Shown here one piece after another: positions 1 through 10,190 of a stretch of DNA of 64,000 bases. Each line of letters begins with the position of its first letter. The first letter of the stretch is position 1. Location of the stretch: NCBI GenBank assembly GCA_963169855.1, contig CAUJCN010000001.1, forward strand, positions 175,645 to 239,644. The letters run 5' to 3'. The stretch is from Patescibacteria group bacterium. GTDB lineage: Bacteria > Patescibacteriota > Dojkabacteria > J137. Position numbers and translations under genes: made by a program. The notes beneath the pieces were generated by a model. That model saw nothing but the letters and a program-made list of their open reading frames with translations, made no database searches and had not been told where the DNA came from.

Positions 1-459
1 AGACTACTTGCTTCAGCTTGGAATCCTGCTGACTTTTTTAAAATGGCGTTACCTCCTTGTCATGTGCTTTTTCAGATAAACATAATCGAAGGGCAACTTG
101 CACTACACATGTATCAAAGAAGTGCAGATATCTTTTTAGGAGTTCCATTCAACATACCATCATACGCATTACTTGCACACATGCTGGGAAATGTTCTTGA
201 TGCACAGCCATCATTACTAACTATTTCTTTTGGAGATTCTCACATTTACAAAAATCATATTGAACAAATGGAAACGCAATTGACCAGAGAAATACTTCCG
301 ATGCCACAATTATTACTTGATCCAAGAATAAACGACATAGACAGCTTTGATCATAACAGTATCGTTTTACAAGGATACAAATCACATAAGAAACTTGGTG
401 GAGTAATGGCAGTTGATAGAAAGAAACCTGTGGAGCAGTTGCAGACAATCGAACAGTAA
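1..459 (+). CDS. thyA: thymidylate synthase, 5'-partial (continues upstream of window)
   Basis: Frame open from nt 1; ...RLLASAWNPADFFKMALPPCHVLFQ... and YQRSADIFLGVPFNIPSYALLAHM match ThyA catalytic Cys (PCH) and folate-binding motifs. Confidence 0.85.
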   Translation, partial: RLLASAWNPADFFKMALPPCHVLFQINIIEGQLALHMYQRSADIFLGVPFNIPSYALLAHMLGNVLDAQPSLLTISFGDSHIYKNHIEQMETQLTREILPMPQLLLDPRINDIDSFDHNSIVLQGYKSHKKLGGVMAVDRKKPVEQLQTIEQ

Positions 460-489
460 CGTAGTTCTATTAAAATCTAAAACAAAAAG

Positions 490-1716
490 ATGAGTGAAGT
501 TCTTGAAATAATAGAAAATCCTAAATCTCCAAGCTTTCCTGACGCCGTAATAGAATTAACACAAAGCAAATATCCTAGACTTTCAAGAAGACAATTTTTA
601 AAACTTACAGCAATTCTTGCTGGAGCAGGTTTGATAAAGAGAATTATTGACATCGAAACTCTAGATTGGAAAAATTATTCATACTCTAAAACTGAATTGA
701 TGAATGCCGCAATGAAATATCAGAAAGCATTTAACTTTGGAGTATATCCAGATTTCGAAGGAAACGATCCTTGGACTAATACAAATTTACTACGCGATGC
801 GATTGGGTTTCAAAACAAGATTGGAACGTTTTTAAATTTAGAATGGACTGATGAACAATCGTATCCTGGGAAATTAGACCATGCGATAGAACTTCTTTAC
901 GAAATAAACTCAAGAAATGCACAACCATTAATTAGTTTACATACAGCGTTACGTCCAAATGGAAGCCATATTTTTAGTGATTCAAATGCTAATTGGCTCA
1001 GAACTCATATCGAGTTAATGATGAAAAAGTTGAATGCTGAGTTTCCATTTCCATTAGAAATCAGAAGTTTTTACGAAGCGGATATAGATTCAAGATTTGC
1101 ATTTTCTTATGGACCAAGCAACGATTTGCACGGAGCTGCTCATCAAGAAGGATTCAAAAGAGCTGCGAGAATGCTTTCAAATGCAAATGATATGACAAAT
1201 TATAGACGTGATATCGGAATGTGTCTCTCCGTTTTTTGTTCCGACATACAAGGTTACTGGATTCCTCAAGATGGAGGTTCAAGAATTTTTGATGCAGCAG
1301 GACTAGATGGTTACGATATTTTTCCAGGAAGGCTTTCTGATTGGGTAGATGAAGACATTCCTTTTGATGGTTGGGTAACTTTGCTTGGATATTACATGTT
1401 AGGGAAAAGAAGTCCTGAACAAGTTTTCGAAGGTGGATTAAGAACCCTTGCAGAATTAACACGAGGCGAAGTTCCTTTTCATATTTACGAAATTGGATCT
1501 AAGCAAGGTGATATTGAATGGATCGATCACGCTTTCTGGCTCCTCGCGGCTTTGGGTGGAGACGGAGCTTATCCATTTATTTATGATAAACAATATCAAA
1601 TCAAAAAATATAACAAACCGTACGAAGCCGATTGGTCACGCAATTTGGGTCGAGGCGCAGAAGTTTATGCTCAAAGCTTGCATGTGTTAAATTCTCGAGC
1701 TAATATTCAACGATGA
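490..1716 (+). CDS. hypothetical secreted protein with twin-arginine-like signal (RRQFLKLTAILAGAGL)
   Basis: 408-aa ORF; N-terminal RRxFLK + hydrophobic stretch; no firm family assignment. Confidence 0.5.
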   Translation: MSEVLEIIENPKSPSFPDAVIELTQSKYPRLSRRQFLKLTAILAGAGLIKRIIDIETLDWKNYSYSKTELMNAAMKYQKAFNFGVYPDFEGNDPWTNTNLLRDAIGFQNKIGTFLNLEWTDEQSYPGKLDHAIELLYEINSRNAQPLISLHTALRPNGSHIFSDSNANWLRTHIELMMKKLNAEFPFPLEIRSFYEADIDSRFAFSYGPSNDLHGAAHQEGFKRAARMLSNANDMTNYRRDIGMCLSVFCSDIQGYWIPQDGGSRIFDAAGLDGYDIFPGRLSDWVDEDIPFDGWVTLLGYYMLGKRSPEQVFEGGLRTLAELTRGEVPFHIYEIGSKQGDIEWIDHAFWLLAALGGDGAYPFIYDKQYQIKKYNKPYEADWSRNLGRGAEVYAQSLHVLNSRANIQR

Positions 1717-2099
1717 AGAAAATCGTAATTTGCGGATCAACAAAATTTGCGGAAGAAATGAAATCATTTTCGGAAGAGCTAGAGTCGTTCGGATTTGAAG
1801 TTATATTTCCCAAAGTAGATATTTCTGATGAAGATATTGATAAATTCCCATTTGCGGAAAAACAATTCGTTTACAACAGATTGATTACAAATTATTTCAA
1901 ACACATTTCGGAATCAGATGCAGTTTTCATTTACAACAAAAATGGTTACATCGGAACAAGTGTAACAATGGAACTTGCATACGCCTTTGCTATGAAAAAA
2001 CCAATCTATGCTTTTCATGCTGATGAAGATATTACTCGCGGTTCTTTAATTACAAAAATAACTCCGACTTCAAATGAGTTAGTAGAACTTTTGAAGTAA
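1713..2099 (+). CDS. nucleoside 2-deoxyribosyltransferase-like / flavodoxin-like fold protein
   Basis: MKKIVICGSTKF... Rossmann-like N-terminus typical of NDT-like proteins; start overlaps upstream stop (ATGA). Confidence 0.4.
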   Translation: MKKIVICGSTKFAEEMKSFSEELESFGFEVIFPKVDISDEDIDKFPFAEKQFVYNRLITNYFKHISESDAVFIYNKNGYIGTSVTMELAYAFAMKKPIYAFHADEDITRGSLITKITPTSNELVELLK

Positions 2100-2401
2100 T
2101 GAACATTTACGTTTTCAAAAGTCCTCTACAAATGTTTCAAACGGATGCTGCTTGGTACTTTGTAACTTTGCCAAAAAATATTGCAGAAGAAATTAAATTT
2201 TTATTTTCTTCTCAATCACGAGGATGGGGATCTTTTCCAGTAAAAGTTATAGTTGGAGAATCCGAATGGAGAACTTCAATCTTTCCGGATAAATCTTCGA
2301 ACTCATACTTTCTACCAATAAAAAAATCAGTTCGATTAGCTGAAGATCTAAGTATAAACGAAATTGTGGAAGTTGAAATAAACATGTTAGTTTCGTTATG
2401 A
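2099..2401 (+). CDS. DUF1905-family protein
   Basis: 100 aa; FVTLP...GWGSFPVKVIVGESEWRTSIFP pattern typical of DUF1905; translationally coupled (TAATG). Confidence 0.5.
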   Translation: MNIYVFKSPLQMFQTDAAWYFVTLPKNIAEEIKFLFSSQSRGWGSFPVKVIVGESEWRTSIFPDKSSNSYFLPIKKSVRLAEDLSINEIVEVEINMLVSL

Positions 2402-2410
2402 TGTATCAAT

Positions 2411-3148
2411 ATGAAACTCAAAAATAAAAAGATTGGATTATCAATTAGAGGAGGCGGAACAAAATCCGTTGCTTATGCAGGGGTTTTGAAAGCATTTGAA
2501 GAATTAGAAATACCAATTCACGCAATCGTATCTGCAAGTGGCGGCTCAGCAGTTGCAACCTATCACGCACTAGGGTTAAAACCAGAGCAGATTCTTGAAA
2601 ATTTAAAAAAAGTTCGACCTTATTCAATATTTTCATTAAGATCATTAATTAGAGGACGTATTGCAGATTACAGAGAATGGGAAGAGTTTGCGCAACAGGC
2701 AACACAAGGTAAACGAATAGAAGATACTCAGATAAAACTATTTATTCAAGCGACAAATGTAAATACGCACGAACTAGAGTACATCGAGACCGGTGATTTA
2801 GCCAAGGCAGTAGTAGCATCCTCTGCAATTTTATATCCATACAAATTTAAGCACAGACAATATGTTGATGGTGAATACTCACCTGCATACGGAATTGATA
2901 AGCTCGAAGAATTCGGATGCGACATAACATTTATTATTAATCTACATGAAGGAAGAAAAAGATTTTCCTTATTAGATATTGCGAGATTATCTCAAGCGAA
3001 AGCGTTTAAGTTCGACGAAAATCTCCATCCAGCTGATTTCAAGATTTCAGTAAGGATTCCAGCAACATTTCCTTTCTCTCTGAAAGGTATGGATAAGATA
3101 TTCGACCACGGTTACAAGCAAGCTCTCAGGTTTATACAAAATCTGTAA
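2411..3148 (+). CDS. patatin-like phospholipase
   Basis: GLSIRGGGTKSVAYAGVL (oxyanion GGGxK/R) and SASGGS (GxSxG) motifs. Confidence 0.7.
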   Translation: MKLKNKKIGLSIRGGGTKSVAYAGVLKAFEELEIPIHAIVSASGGSAVATYHALGLKPEQILENLKKVRPYSIFSLRSLIRGRIADYREWEEFAQQATQGKRIEDTQIKLFIQATNVNTHELEYIETGDLAKAVVASSAILYPYKFKHRQYVDGEYSPAYGIDKLEEFGCDITFIINLHEGRKRFSLLDIARLSQAKAFKFDENLHPADFKISVRIPATFPFSLKGMDKIFDHGYKQALRFIQNL

Positions 3149-3225
3149 TAGGTTAAAATGTAAATATTACTTATTCCTGAATCAAGTTCAGGATTAGATT
3201 GAATTTTACTTATTATTAATATTTT

Positions 3226-3492
3226 ATGAGTAGCACCGCAAAAAAATTCATTGCAGGAATTATAATATTAGTAGTAGGAATCTTAGTTGGGTTGACAGTT
3301 CCAACAGTTATTAAGAAGTCTCAAGATTTTGATAGATACGCAAAGGCCAGAGAAGCAGCACCAGATAAAGAAGAATTCGATAGAAATTTTGATGCGATGG
3401 TTCAATGGTTTGAAGATTATAAAACAAACAATCCTGGAGCAACAGACGAGGATGCACAAGAAGCTTTCGAGGAGCTTTGGGATCGAAATTAA
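3226..3492 (+). CDS. small membrane-anchored hypothetical protein
   Basis: 88-aa ORF with N-terminal TM helix. Confidence 0.4.
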   Translation: MSSTAKKFIAGIIILVVGILVGLTVPTVIKKSQDFDRYAKAREAAPDKEEFDRNFDAMVQWFEDYKTNNPGATDEDAQEAFEELWDRN

Positions 3493-3516
3493 GATATCCT
3501 AATCAAAATCAATAAT

Positions 3517-3936
3517 ATGGCACACTATTTCGCAGGAGTAATTTTACTTAATCAATGTGGATTTCTTTTAGCCCAACATCGAGACAACGCTCCAGAAATT
3601 TTGGGAAAGAATCAATGGTGTGTTTGTAGCGGAGAAAAAGAAAATTTCGATAAAGACATTTTTGAAACTGGTACAAGAGAGTTGTTCGAAGAAACACGGT
3701 ACAAAATTCATCCTTCAGAACTAAAACTTCTTTTAGAAGATAGTTTCGTTAACGAGCTTGGAAACGAAGTTCATATTACTGTTCTCATTGCAGATTACGA
3801 TGGTCAACAAACTATTGAATGTCGCGAAGGACAAGAGATCAGATTCATCAATCCGAGTGAAATTGAAACTTTAAGTTGGTACAACAACAACCAGAACTAT
3901 TTTAAAGAAGCTTATAACCATTATCTCAAAAGGTAA
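3517..3936 (+). CDS. NUDIX hydrolase
   Basis: Nudix-box-like SGEKENFDKDIFETGTRELFEETRY (Gx5Ex7REUxEExGU pattern). Confidence 0.55.
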   Translation: MAHYFAGVILLNQCGFLLAQHRDNAPEILGKNQWCVCSGEKENFDKDIFETGTRELFEETRYKIHPSELKLLLEDSFVNELGNEVHITVLIADYDGQQTIECREGQEIRFINPSEIETLSWYNNNQNYFKEAYNHYLKR

Positions 3937-3990
3937 ATAGTAGTTCGGAAACTATTTACAAATTATTCTTTTCCATTCTATAATCCACGC

Positions 3991-4341
3991 ATGTTCGACA
4001 TGCCAGCTCCTAATGAGCAACCAAAATTAACTCTAGATCAACTTATCGAAGCAGCTGCTGAAAGAGAGCCTATTTTCATTAGAGTAGAGTGCATTTCTAA
4101 CGAAACTGGAGAAAGACATGTTTTAGATTTTGTGTTTGAGAAATCACGCACTCCTTACATGAGAATAAAAAGTGATAAAAGAAAGTTCTTCCTAACCACT
4201 GAAAGAGAAGCAATAGCTGAAGAGAATTTAAAAGTTTTGGCTAATCAAATCAGACAAATAACAGGAGGCGTTTACAGCATCCATCCATTTTACGGATTAG
4301 TTTGGGATACTCGGAACGCAACAATTTCAGAAATCGATTAG
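3991..4341 (+). CDS. hypothetical protein
   Basis: 116-aa ORF, codirectional, typical composition. Confidence 0.4.
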   Translation: MFDMPAPNEQPKLTLDQLIEAAAEREPIFIRVECISNETGERHVLDFVFEKSRTPYMRIKSDKRKFFLTTEREAIAEENLKVLANQIRQITGGVYSIHPFYGLVWDTRNATISEID

Positions 4342-4411
4342 ACAACAGAAAGTAATTGTTTTAGATATTCCAGATAAATTCCGTTATATGGAAAAGGATC
4401 TAATTGATGAA

Positions 4412-5350
4412 CTACAGAATAAAGTCAGTAAGTTCATCTAAAATCCCAGCCCATTCGCAGTATTCAATTCCCCAAAGAATTATTTCTTCAAATCCTAAAT
4501 CTTTATAATCAATAATATTCTTTTTGATCAGATCCAAAGAAACACTTTTAACTTTTTCTGGAGACTTTTTATAATCGAATTTTTCCCAAGGCTCAGCTTG
4601 AAGCTCAGCAATTATTGGTTTAATGTTTTTTGATTGTAGGTGAATTGTGATTTCTTTTAAATCTACCAATGAATAATCAGGTCCTCTATAACGGAATAAT
4701 CCTGGTTGCTTAGGATAAAAATCAAAACCTATTTGATCAATATTTTTTAGTTTTAAAATTTTCTCCAAATTATTTCTTTTCTTTAAATCGTTTCCCCAAA
4801 TTGTTACTAATATTTTTCTTGATGAATCCAAACCTTTTACTAAATCGATTTCTTGTTGAAGAAAATCTGAATCGATGTTTAAGTTACTCGGACCCGAAGG
4901 ATCAAGTGGTTCGTTTTCAATTTGCCAAGTAGAAATATTTTCGAAATCTTTAAACTGTTCAACGCAAGCTTTAATAAAATCCAAAGTCTTTTGTTCCAAT
5001 TCAGATTTTTGTACGAAGTTTGGGATGTAAAATTCTGGCCATCTAGGTGCTTTCATTCCTACAGTCAAAATAATTTCGAAACCAAGATTTTGAGAGTATT
5101 CAATAATTTCTTTTGAAGATGAAAAATCATAGATTCCATTTTCTTTTTCAATTTCATTCCAATAAAGTCCCAATCTTATTATTTTGAGGTTCGAATTGGA
5201 TAACTTATCTAGCAGTTTCTTCCAATCTAGATTTAACCAATCACACTGACCTTTAGAAAACGAAAATCCGTAAACCATTTTGAAAACAATCTTATCTAAT
5301 GTAAAATTCATTATCTCACAATAAACCTTATGAATAAGAGTAGAACTCAA
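4412..5350 (-). CDS. TIM-barrel glycoside hydrolase (GH5-like)
   Basis: WQIENEP (NEP acid/base motif) and AELQAEPW candidate nucleophile region. Confidence 0.5.
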   Translation of the reverse strand: MSSTLIHKVYCEIMNFTLDKIVFKMVYGFSFSKGQCDWLNLDWKKLLDKLSNSNLKIIRLGLYWNEIEKENGIYDFSSSKEIIEYSQNLGFEIILTVGMKAPRWPEFYIPNFVQKSELEQKTLDFIKACVEQFKDFENISTWQIENEPLDPSGPSNLNIDSDFLQQEIDLVKGLDSSRKILVTIWGNDLKKRNNLEKILKLKNIDQIGFDFYPKQPGLFRYRGPDYSLVDLKEITIHLQSKNIKPIIAELQAEPWEKFDYKKSPEKVKSVSLDLIKKNIIDYKDLGFEEIILWGIEYCEWAGILDELTDFIL

Positions 5351-5575
5351 ATTGATAATATTTTCGGCTGTCTTTCGATTGTTTTCTTAATAATGGGATT
5401 ATTCTTAGCTTTCGCGAACACTGGAATTGCAGCGCAAATCAACAAATGGCAATCACAGATATTAGGAGGTGAATTTTACCCAGCACTAACTGCTTTTGTC
5501 TTGATTATCATACCTTTGTTAGTTTTAATGATAGTAAAGCTGATTGTAGTAAGGATAATCCAAAAAAGAATTTAG
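5330..5575 (+). CDS. small membrane protein
   Basis: 81 aa, two TM helices. Confidence 0.3.
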   Translation: MNKSRTQIDNIFGCLSIVFLIMGLFLAFANTGIAAQINKWQSQILGGEFYPALTAFVLIIIPLLVLMIVKLIVVRIIQKRI

Positions 5576-5618
5576 GTTATAATAAATCGATATTTAAATA
5601 GTTTTTTAAGATTTTAAT

Positions 5619-6623
5619 ATGAAAAAAGTTCTACTTATCTCAATTCCGCTGTTCCTGCTTTGCACATGTGTTTTAGTTATTGGAGGATTCGTGTTCGCAT
5701 TCAATTCTAATACAAATATTCCAGTAGTTTCCAATTTGGTAGAGCGATTAGAAAACGTGTTTGTAAATGAAGAGACTTTCAAAACTCAACTTGTTAAAGA
5801 GATCGAAAATATAGTAAATTCTGATTTTGAAAATGTAGCACCAGCATCAAACGAATTTAAAAGTGTAGCAGCAAATTATGTTTTGAAACTAGATGTTGAA
5901 TCTGAAGAAGGGGATTTTGGATTGGACTCATCTGGCGACATTATGGGAGATTCTAACGGAGATAAAGTTTTCGTTCGAGCTGATCTCGATCTAGATTTCT
6001 CTGGAATCAAGGTTGGGGGAGAAGTGTTCCTAATGAATTTTATAAATAACATGAAGTCTGAAACATTTATTAAATTAGAAGAAATTCCTTCTTTCTTATC
6101 AATGAACATTGAAGGATTAGAAGATGCAGAAGGTGAATGGGTTTTCTTTTCAGGAGATGTTGAACGAACAATTGAATCTACACCATTTGCAGAATTAGAT
6201 ACTGAAAAGAAAGCAGAGCTGCTTCAGTTAATTAATACAGATGAATTTAAGTCTTTAATAAGCCGAGGAAACGATAGAGTTTCTCCTACTACTAATATCC
6301 GATCCAAGTGTATTATTGTTGAAGCAAACGAGCTTAAGATGACTCAGCTTTTAAACAAATACGAAGAGATTGCTGGCAGCGATATTGAACATGATTTATT
6401 ACCTACACCTTTTAGATTTACAAGCGAAATGTGTTTTGGAAGAAAAGATGGAGCACTTTCATACTTAAATTTTGAAATATTTTCACCACAAGGAAATGGA
6501 AGCTTTACTTTAGGAGATATTCGATACTCAAACGAGCCTGTGAGTTTAGAAAAGCCTTCAGATTATATTAGTATCGAAGATCTAAATCTTTCCTTTCCAT
6601 TCTTGGAAGGAGCCCAATTCTAG
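5619..6623 (+). CDS. hypothetical secreted/membrane-anchored acidic protein
   Basis: 334 aa, N-terminal TM/signal anchor. Confidence 0.5.
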   Translation: MKKVLLISIPLFLLCTCVLVIGGFVFAFNSNTNIPVVSNLVERLENVFVNEETFKTQLVKEIENIVNSDFENVAPASNEFKSVAANYVLKLDVESEEGDFGLDSSGDIMGDSNGDKVFVRADLDLDFSGIKVGGEVFLMNFINNMKSETFIKLEEIPSFLSMNIEGLEDAEGEWVFFSGDVERTIESTPFAELDTEKKAELLQLINTDEFKSLISRGNDRVSPTTNIRSKCIIVEANELKMTQLLNKYEEIAGSDIEHDLLPTPFRFTSEMCFGRKDGALSYLNFEIFSPQGNGSFTLGDIRYSNEPVSLEKPSDYISIEDLNLSFPFLEGAQF

Positions 6624-6627
6624 CATC

Positions 6628-6658
6628 ATGACGCCCATTTTGGGCGTCATTTCTATAT
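6628..6658 (+). terminator. rho-independent terminator
   Basis: perfect hairpin ATGACGCCCA-tttt-GGGCGTCAT followed by TTCTATATATT. Confidence 0.6.
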
Positions 6659-6875
6659 ATTCGTGATATAATATATATGTATAAATCATCAATATTTTGT
6701 GCTTTATACAGATCTTTAACAAGGAAGTAACTTACTACGAATTGGACCATTGGTTGTGGGCTTTAGGCGCTTCTGTTCCGTACTTGATACGGAATCTCAT
6801 GAGCATCTAAAGCTCACACCAGTACCAATTTCGGAGTACTGGCAAATCGGAGCACAACAAGGAGAAAGTTCTACC

Positions 6876-7358
6876 ATGAAGAAGCTCATCGTCATTTCGC
6901 TGCTCATCGTCGTTTCGCTGCTCGCCGTTTTCAACGCATTCGCCCAGGAACAAACCGTCGTCATCCAGAATGTCGTCGAGTGCCCCGTCACCACCATAGG
7001 CTGGTGGGGATTAACAGGAGAACTCATCAACGACGCCCCAACGAGGGACGTAATAGTCCATTGGGACGACACCAACCAACGCTCCGCGAAGGAACTCGGC
7101 GTCGACCCAGAGCAAGGGTGGATCGTCTGGTGCACGGAGAGCGATATGCTCAGCCGCGTTGCCACAGTCGAGGGCGAGCCGAACCGAATCACTATCGATG
7201 GTGACGAATATTGCCAAGTGGCGGGCTTCGTTACTAACCTCCCGGATCGACGAGTTGTTGGCGTTACGGCGGCCGCGGCGTATGCATTCACGGAATGTCT
7301 CGGGGAGACGATCGTCGAAAGCTCATACGTAAGGACTTTCGGGATCGTCTTCGACTAG
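6876..7358 (+). CDS. small secreted 4-Cys protein encoded in a GC-rich island
   Basis: RBS GGAGAAAG 7 nt before ATG; signal peptide MKKLIVISLLIVVSLLAVFNAFA; about 50-60% GC with high GC3, versus about 33% in flanks; ORF track lists 6750..7358 from a TTG. Confidence 0.5.
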   Translation: MKKLIVISLLIVVSLLAVFNAFAQEQTVVIQNVVECPVTTIGWWGLTGELINDAPTRDVIVHWDDTNQRSAKELGVDPEQGWIVWCTESDMLSRVATVEGEPNRITIDGDEYCQVAGFVTNLPDRRVVGVTAAAAYAFTECLGETIVESSYVRTFGIVFD

Positions 7359-7369
7359 CCAGCGTTACT

Positions 7370-7405
7370 TCCTCCCGGACCCGCTTAATCGCGTGGTCCG
7401 GAGGA
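7370..7405 (+). terminator. GC-rich hairpin terminator after island ORF
   Basis: TCCTCCCGGACC...GGTCCGGAGGA imperfect 11-bp stem followed by T-rich stretch. Confidence 0.45.
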
Positions 7406-7439
7406 CTTTAATCTTAAATTTCAAATACTTCTCTTTTTT

Positions 7440-7851
7440 GATCTTTTATTCTTAAACCTTCAATCTTTTTAGATATTGATCAATCTCTTAGTAAATTATA
7501 TAATCTAGATATTCACAACGATAAAGGTTCCCAGCCTTTGGAGTGAGAATGGAACTACTATTGTCATATTGAGCCTGTCGAAATATAGACAATTGGATAA
7601 CATTCCTCAGAACTCAACTGAGATAACACAAATGAGAACTAGTAAATTGCTAGTTACAGAGTCTTTAATAGCAATATTAAGGAAAAGCAAGATGGTACCA
7701 CGATCGTGTACACCGAAGCGTTTGCGTAGGTTGTAAGCCTCGTTCTTGCTAAATACTATTACCCGTAGTGTTTAGCAAGAATGGGGCTTTTTTTGTAGCT
7801 AAAGGCGTCAAATCGCCTCTGGCTAATATATTTAAATTTTATTTTGTAATT
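7440..7851 (+). promoter_or_regulatory. proS 5' leader with candidate attenuator (T-box-like motif plus long terminator hairpin)
   Basis: about 410 nt noncoding; GAUGGUACCACG at 7691-7702 resembles T-box GGUGGUACCGCG; 19-bp hairpin 7735-7789 followed by U-tract, 57 nt before proS ATG. Confidence 0.35.
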
Positions 7852-9324
7852 ATGGACGACAAGAAAATTACTCCAAGAGCCGAGGACTATTCTCAATGGT
7901 ATCTTGATATTGTAGAGAAAGCTGAACTTGCAGAAAACTCAGCGGTTAGAGGATGCATGGTAATTAAACCTTACGGTTACGCTCTTTGGGAAAACTTTCA
8001 AAAAGTATTAGATGGAAAGTTCAAAGAACTTGGTCACGTAAATGCTTACTTTCCTTTGTTAATTCCAAAATCATTTTTAACAAAAGAAGCAAAACATGTT
8101 GAAGGATTTGCTCAAGAAACAGCAGTTGTAACTCATTACAGATTAAAAACTGATCCAGTAACAAGAGAAGTTATTGTTGATCCAGAAGCAAAATTAGAAG
8201 AAGAATTAGTTATCAGACCAACATCAGAAACCATTATTTACGATACTTACTCAAACTGGATTAAATCTTACAGAGATTTACCATTACTGATTAATCAATG
8301 GGCAAATGTTTTAAGATGGGAAATGCGAACAAGACCATTCTTAAGAACAGCAGAATTTCTATGGCAAGAAGGTCACACAGTTCATGCGACTTTAGAAGAA
8401 GCTGAAGAAGAAGCAATTCAAATGCTGAAAGTTTATCAGTGGTTTGCAGAAGAATATCTTGCGATTCCAGTTATCCCTGGTCAAAAATCAGAATCTGAAA
8501 AATTTGCAGGAGCATTACGAACTTATACAATCGAAGCAATGATGCAGGATGGCAAAGCTCTTCAAGCGGGAACTTCACATAATTTAGGTGATAACTTCGC
8601 AAAAGCTTTTGATATAAAATTCTTGGACAAAGATGAAACTGAGAAATATGCTTGGCAAACAAGTTGGGGATTAAGCACAAGAATGATCGGAGCATTAATT
8701 ATGACTCACAGCGATGACAAAGGATTAGTTGTTCCACCAAAAATTGCACCAACTCAAATTGTTATAGTTCCAATTTGGAAAGATGATTCTCAAAAAGAGT
8801 TAGTATTAGCAGAGGCTAAGAAATTGAAAGAACAATTTGCAGGATTCAGCGTAAAATTAGACGATAGAGACTACAACACTCCTGGAGAGAAATTCTACCA
8901 GTGGGAAAAGAAAGGAGTGCCTTTGAGAGTAGAAATCGGACCAAAAGATATCGAGAAAAATCAGGTCGTATTTGTAAGAAGAGACAGCGGAGAAAAATCT
9001 TTTATCCCAATGAGTGAAGTTTCATCTCAAGCTAAATCCACACTAGATAATATCCAATCTTCACTTTACGAAAAAGCAAAGGCGTTTAGAGATTCTAGAG
9101 TTTACGAAGTAAATTCATACGAAGAATTGAAAGATGTTGTAGAAAATAAAAATGGATTTGCTTTAGCATACTGGGATGATTCTGCAGAAAACGAAGCGAA
9201 GATTAAAGAAGAAACTAAAGCCACAATCAGATGTATTCCTTTTGAGCAGAATGGAGTTTCTGGAAAATCAATTATTTCTGGAAATGAAACTAATCATAGA
9301 GTAATTTTTGCAAAAGCTTATTAA
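7852..9324 (+). CDS. proS: prolyl-tRNA synthetase, archaeal/eukaryotic-type class II
   Basis: [26 protein letters not shown]...[15 protein letters not shown]-terminus, motif 2 [15 protein letters not shown]-terminal zinc-binding-type domain; ORF track start 7768 is an upstream in-frame ATG inside the terminator hairpin. Confidence 0.9.
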   Translation: MDDKKITPRAEDYSQWYLDIVEKAELAENSAVRGCMVIKPYGYALWENFQKVLDGKFKELGHVNAYFPLLIPKSFLTKEAKHVEGFAQETAVVTHYRLKTDPVTREVIVDPEAKLEEELVIRPTSETIIYDTYSNWIKSYRDLPLLINQWANVLRWEMRTRPFLRTAEFLWQEGHTVHATLEEAEEEAIQMLKVYQWFAEEYLAIPVIPGQKSESEKFAGALRTYTIEAMMQDGKALQAGTSHNLGDNFAKAFDIKFLDKDETEKYAWQTSWGLSTRMIGALIMTHSDDKGLVVPPKIAPTQIVIVPIWKDDSQKELVLAEAKKLKEQFAGFSVKLDDRDYNTPGEKFYQWEKKGVPLRVEIGPKDIEKNQVVFVRRDSGEKSFIPMSEVSSQAKSTLDNIQSSLYEKAKAFRDSRVYEVNSYEELKDVVENKNGFALAYWDDSAENEAKIKEETKATIRCIPFEQNGVSGKSIISGNETNHRVIFAKAY

Positions 9325-9330
9325 TTGAGC

Positions 9331-10161
9331 ATGAGAATTGTCCAAACCAAAACATCTGACGGAATAAACTTTAATGGATTAATTTCAGAAGCAGAAAATC
9401 CAAAAGGAATTATTATTCATATTCACGGCATGGCTGGAAGTATAGTTATCAATTCTTTTTATCAAAGCATGCACGATGAGTATACAAAAAATGGTTGGTC
9501 ATTTCTTGTAGGAGAATTAAGAGGCACTGGAACAGTTACTCAATTCACATCTGCCAGTGGTGTAAGAACTATTGGTAATGCCTACGAAATATTTGAAGAA
9601 TGTGTTTTTGACATCGATTCCTGGATAAATTTTGCAAGAGATTTAGGTTATTCGAACATTTGTCTACAAGGACACAGTTTAGGTACATCTAAAATTGCTT
9701 ATTATTTGGATCAGACACACTCTAAAGATATTGAAAAAGTAATACTGTTAAGTCCTTCAGATATGCACGGATTAGTTCATGATTCTACTAGCATTAAGGA
9801 GCACGAAATATTACTTGCTGAAGCAGAAAGGCTAATTCCATCATCGCCTAGAGAATTATTAAGCCAGCCATTATGGGAAGATGTATTGTTATCAGCACAA
9901 AGTTACTTGACTTTTTTTGGGCAGAATTCAAAAGATAATATTTTTCATTATAAGCAAAATAATAATTGGGAAGTTTTAAATTCAATAAAAATCCCTGTTC
10001 TTGCAATAACAGGAACACAAGATGATGGAATCGTTCCAGTAATTTCTGCAAACGAAGCAATGGAGATTCTGAAATCTCAACTCATGAACTCATCCAAGGT
10101 TAAAACTATAGTGTTCGAAGGTGCCGAACACGATTTCAATAATTTTTTGAGAAAGAAATAG
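9331..10161 (+). CDS. alpha/beta-hydrolase fold protein
   Basis: GHSLGT nucleophile elbow (GxSxG), HGMAGS; ORF track TTG start at 9325. Confidence 0.55.
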   Translation: MRIVQTKTSDGINFNGLISEAENPKGIIIHIHGMAGSIVINSFYQSMHDEYTKNGWSFLVGELRGTGTVTQFTSASGVRTIGNAYEIFEECVFDIDSWINFARDLGYSNICLQGHSLGTSKIAYYLDQTHSKDIEKVILLSPSDMHGLVHDSTSIKEHEILLAEAERLIPSSPRELLSQPLWEDVLLSAQSYLTFFGQNSKDNIFHYKQNNNWEVLNSIKIPVLAITGTQDDGIVPVISANEAMEILKSQLMNSSKVKTIVFEGAEHDFNNFLRKK

Positions 10162-10190
10162 TTAAAAATGTTTTAGAATTCATTAATTAA

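Noticed and set aside
6797-7291. 164-aa minus-strand ORF and other overlapping ORFs (6980-7204 plus strand, 7011-7217 minus strand) in the GC-rich island
   Set aside because: These are shadow ORFs typical of GC-rich DNA. The plus-strand ORF has an RBS, a signal peptide and a downstream terminator, so I prefer it.
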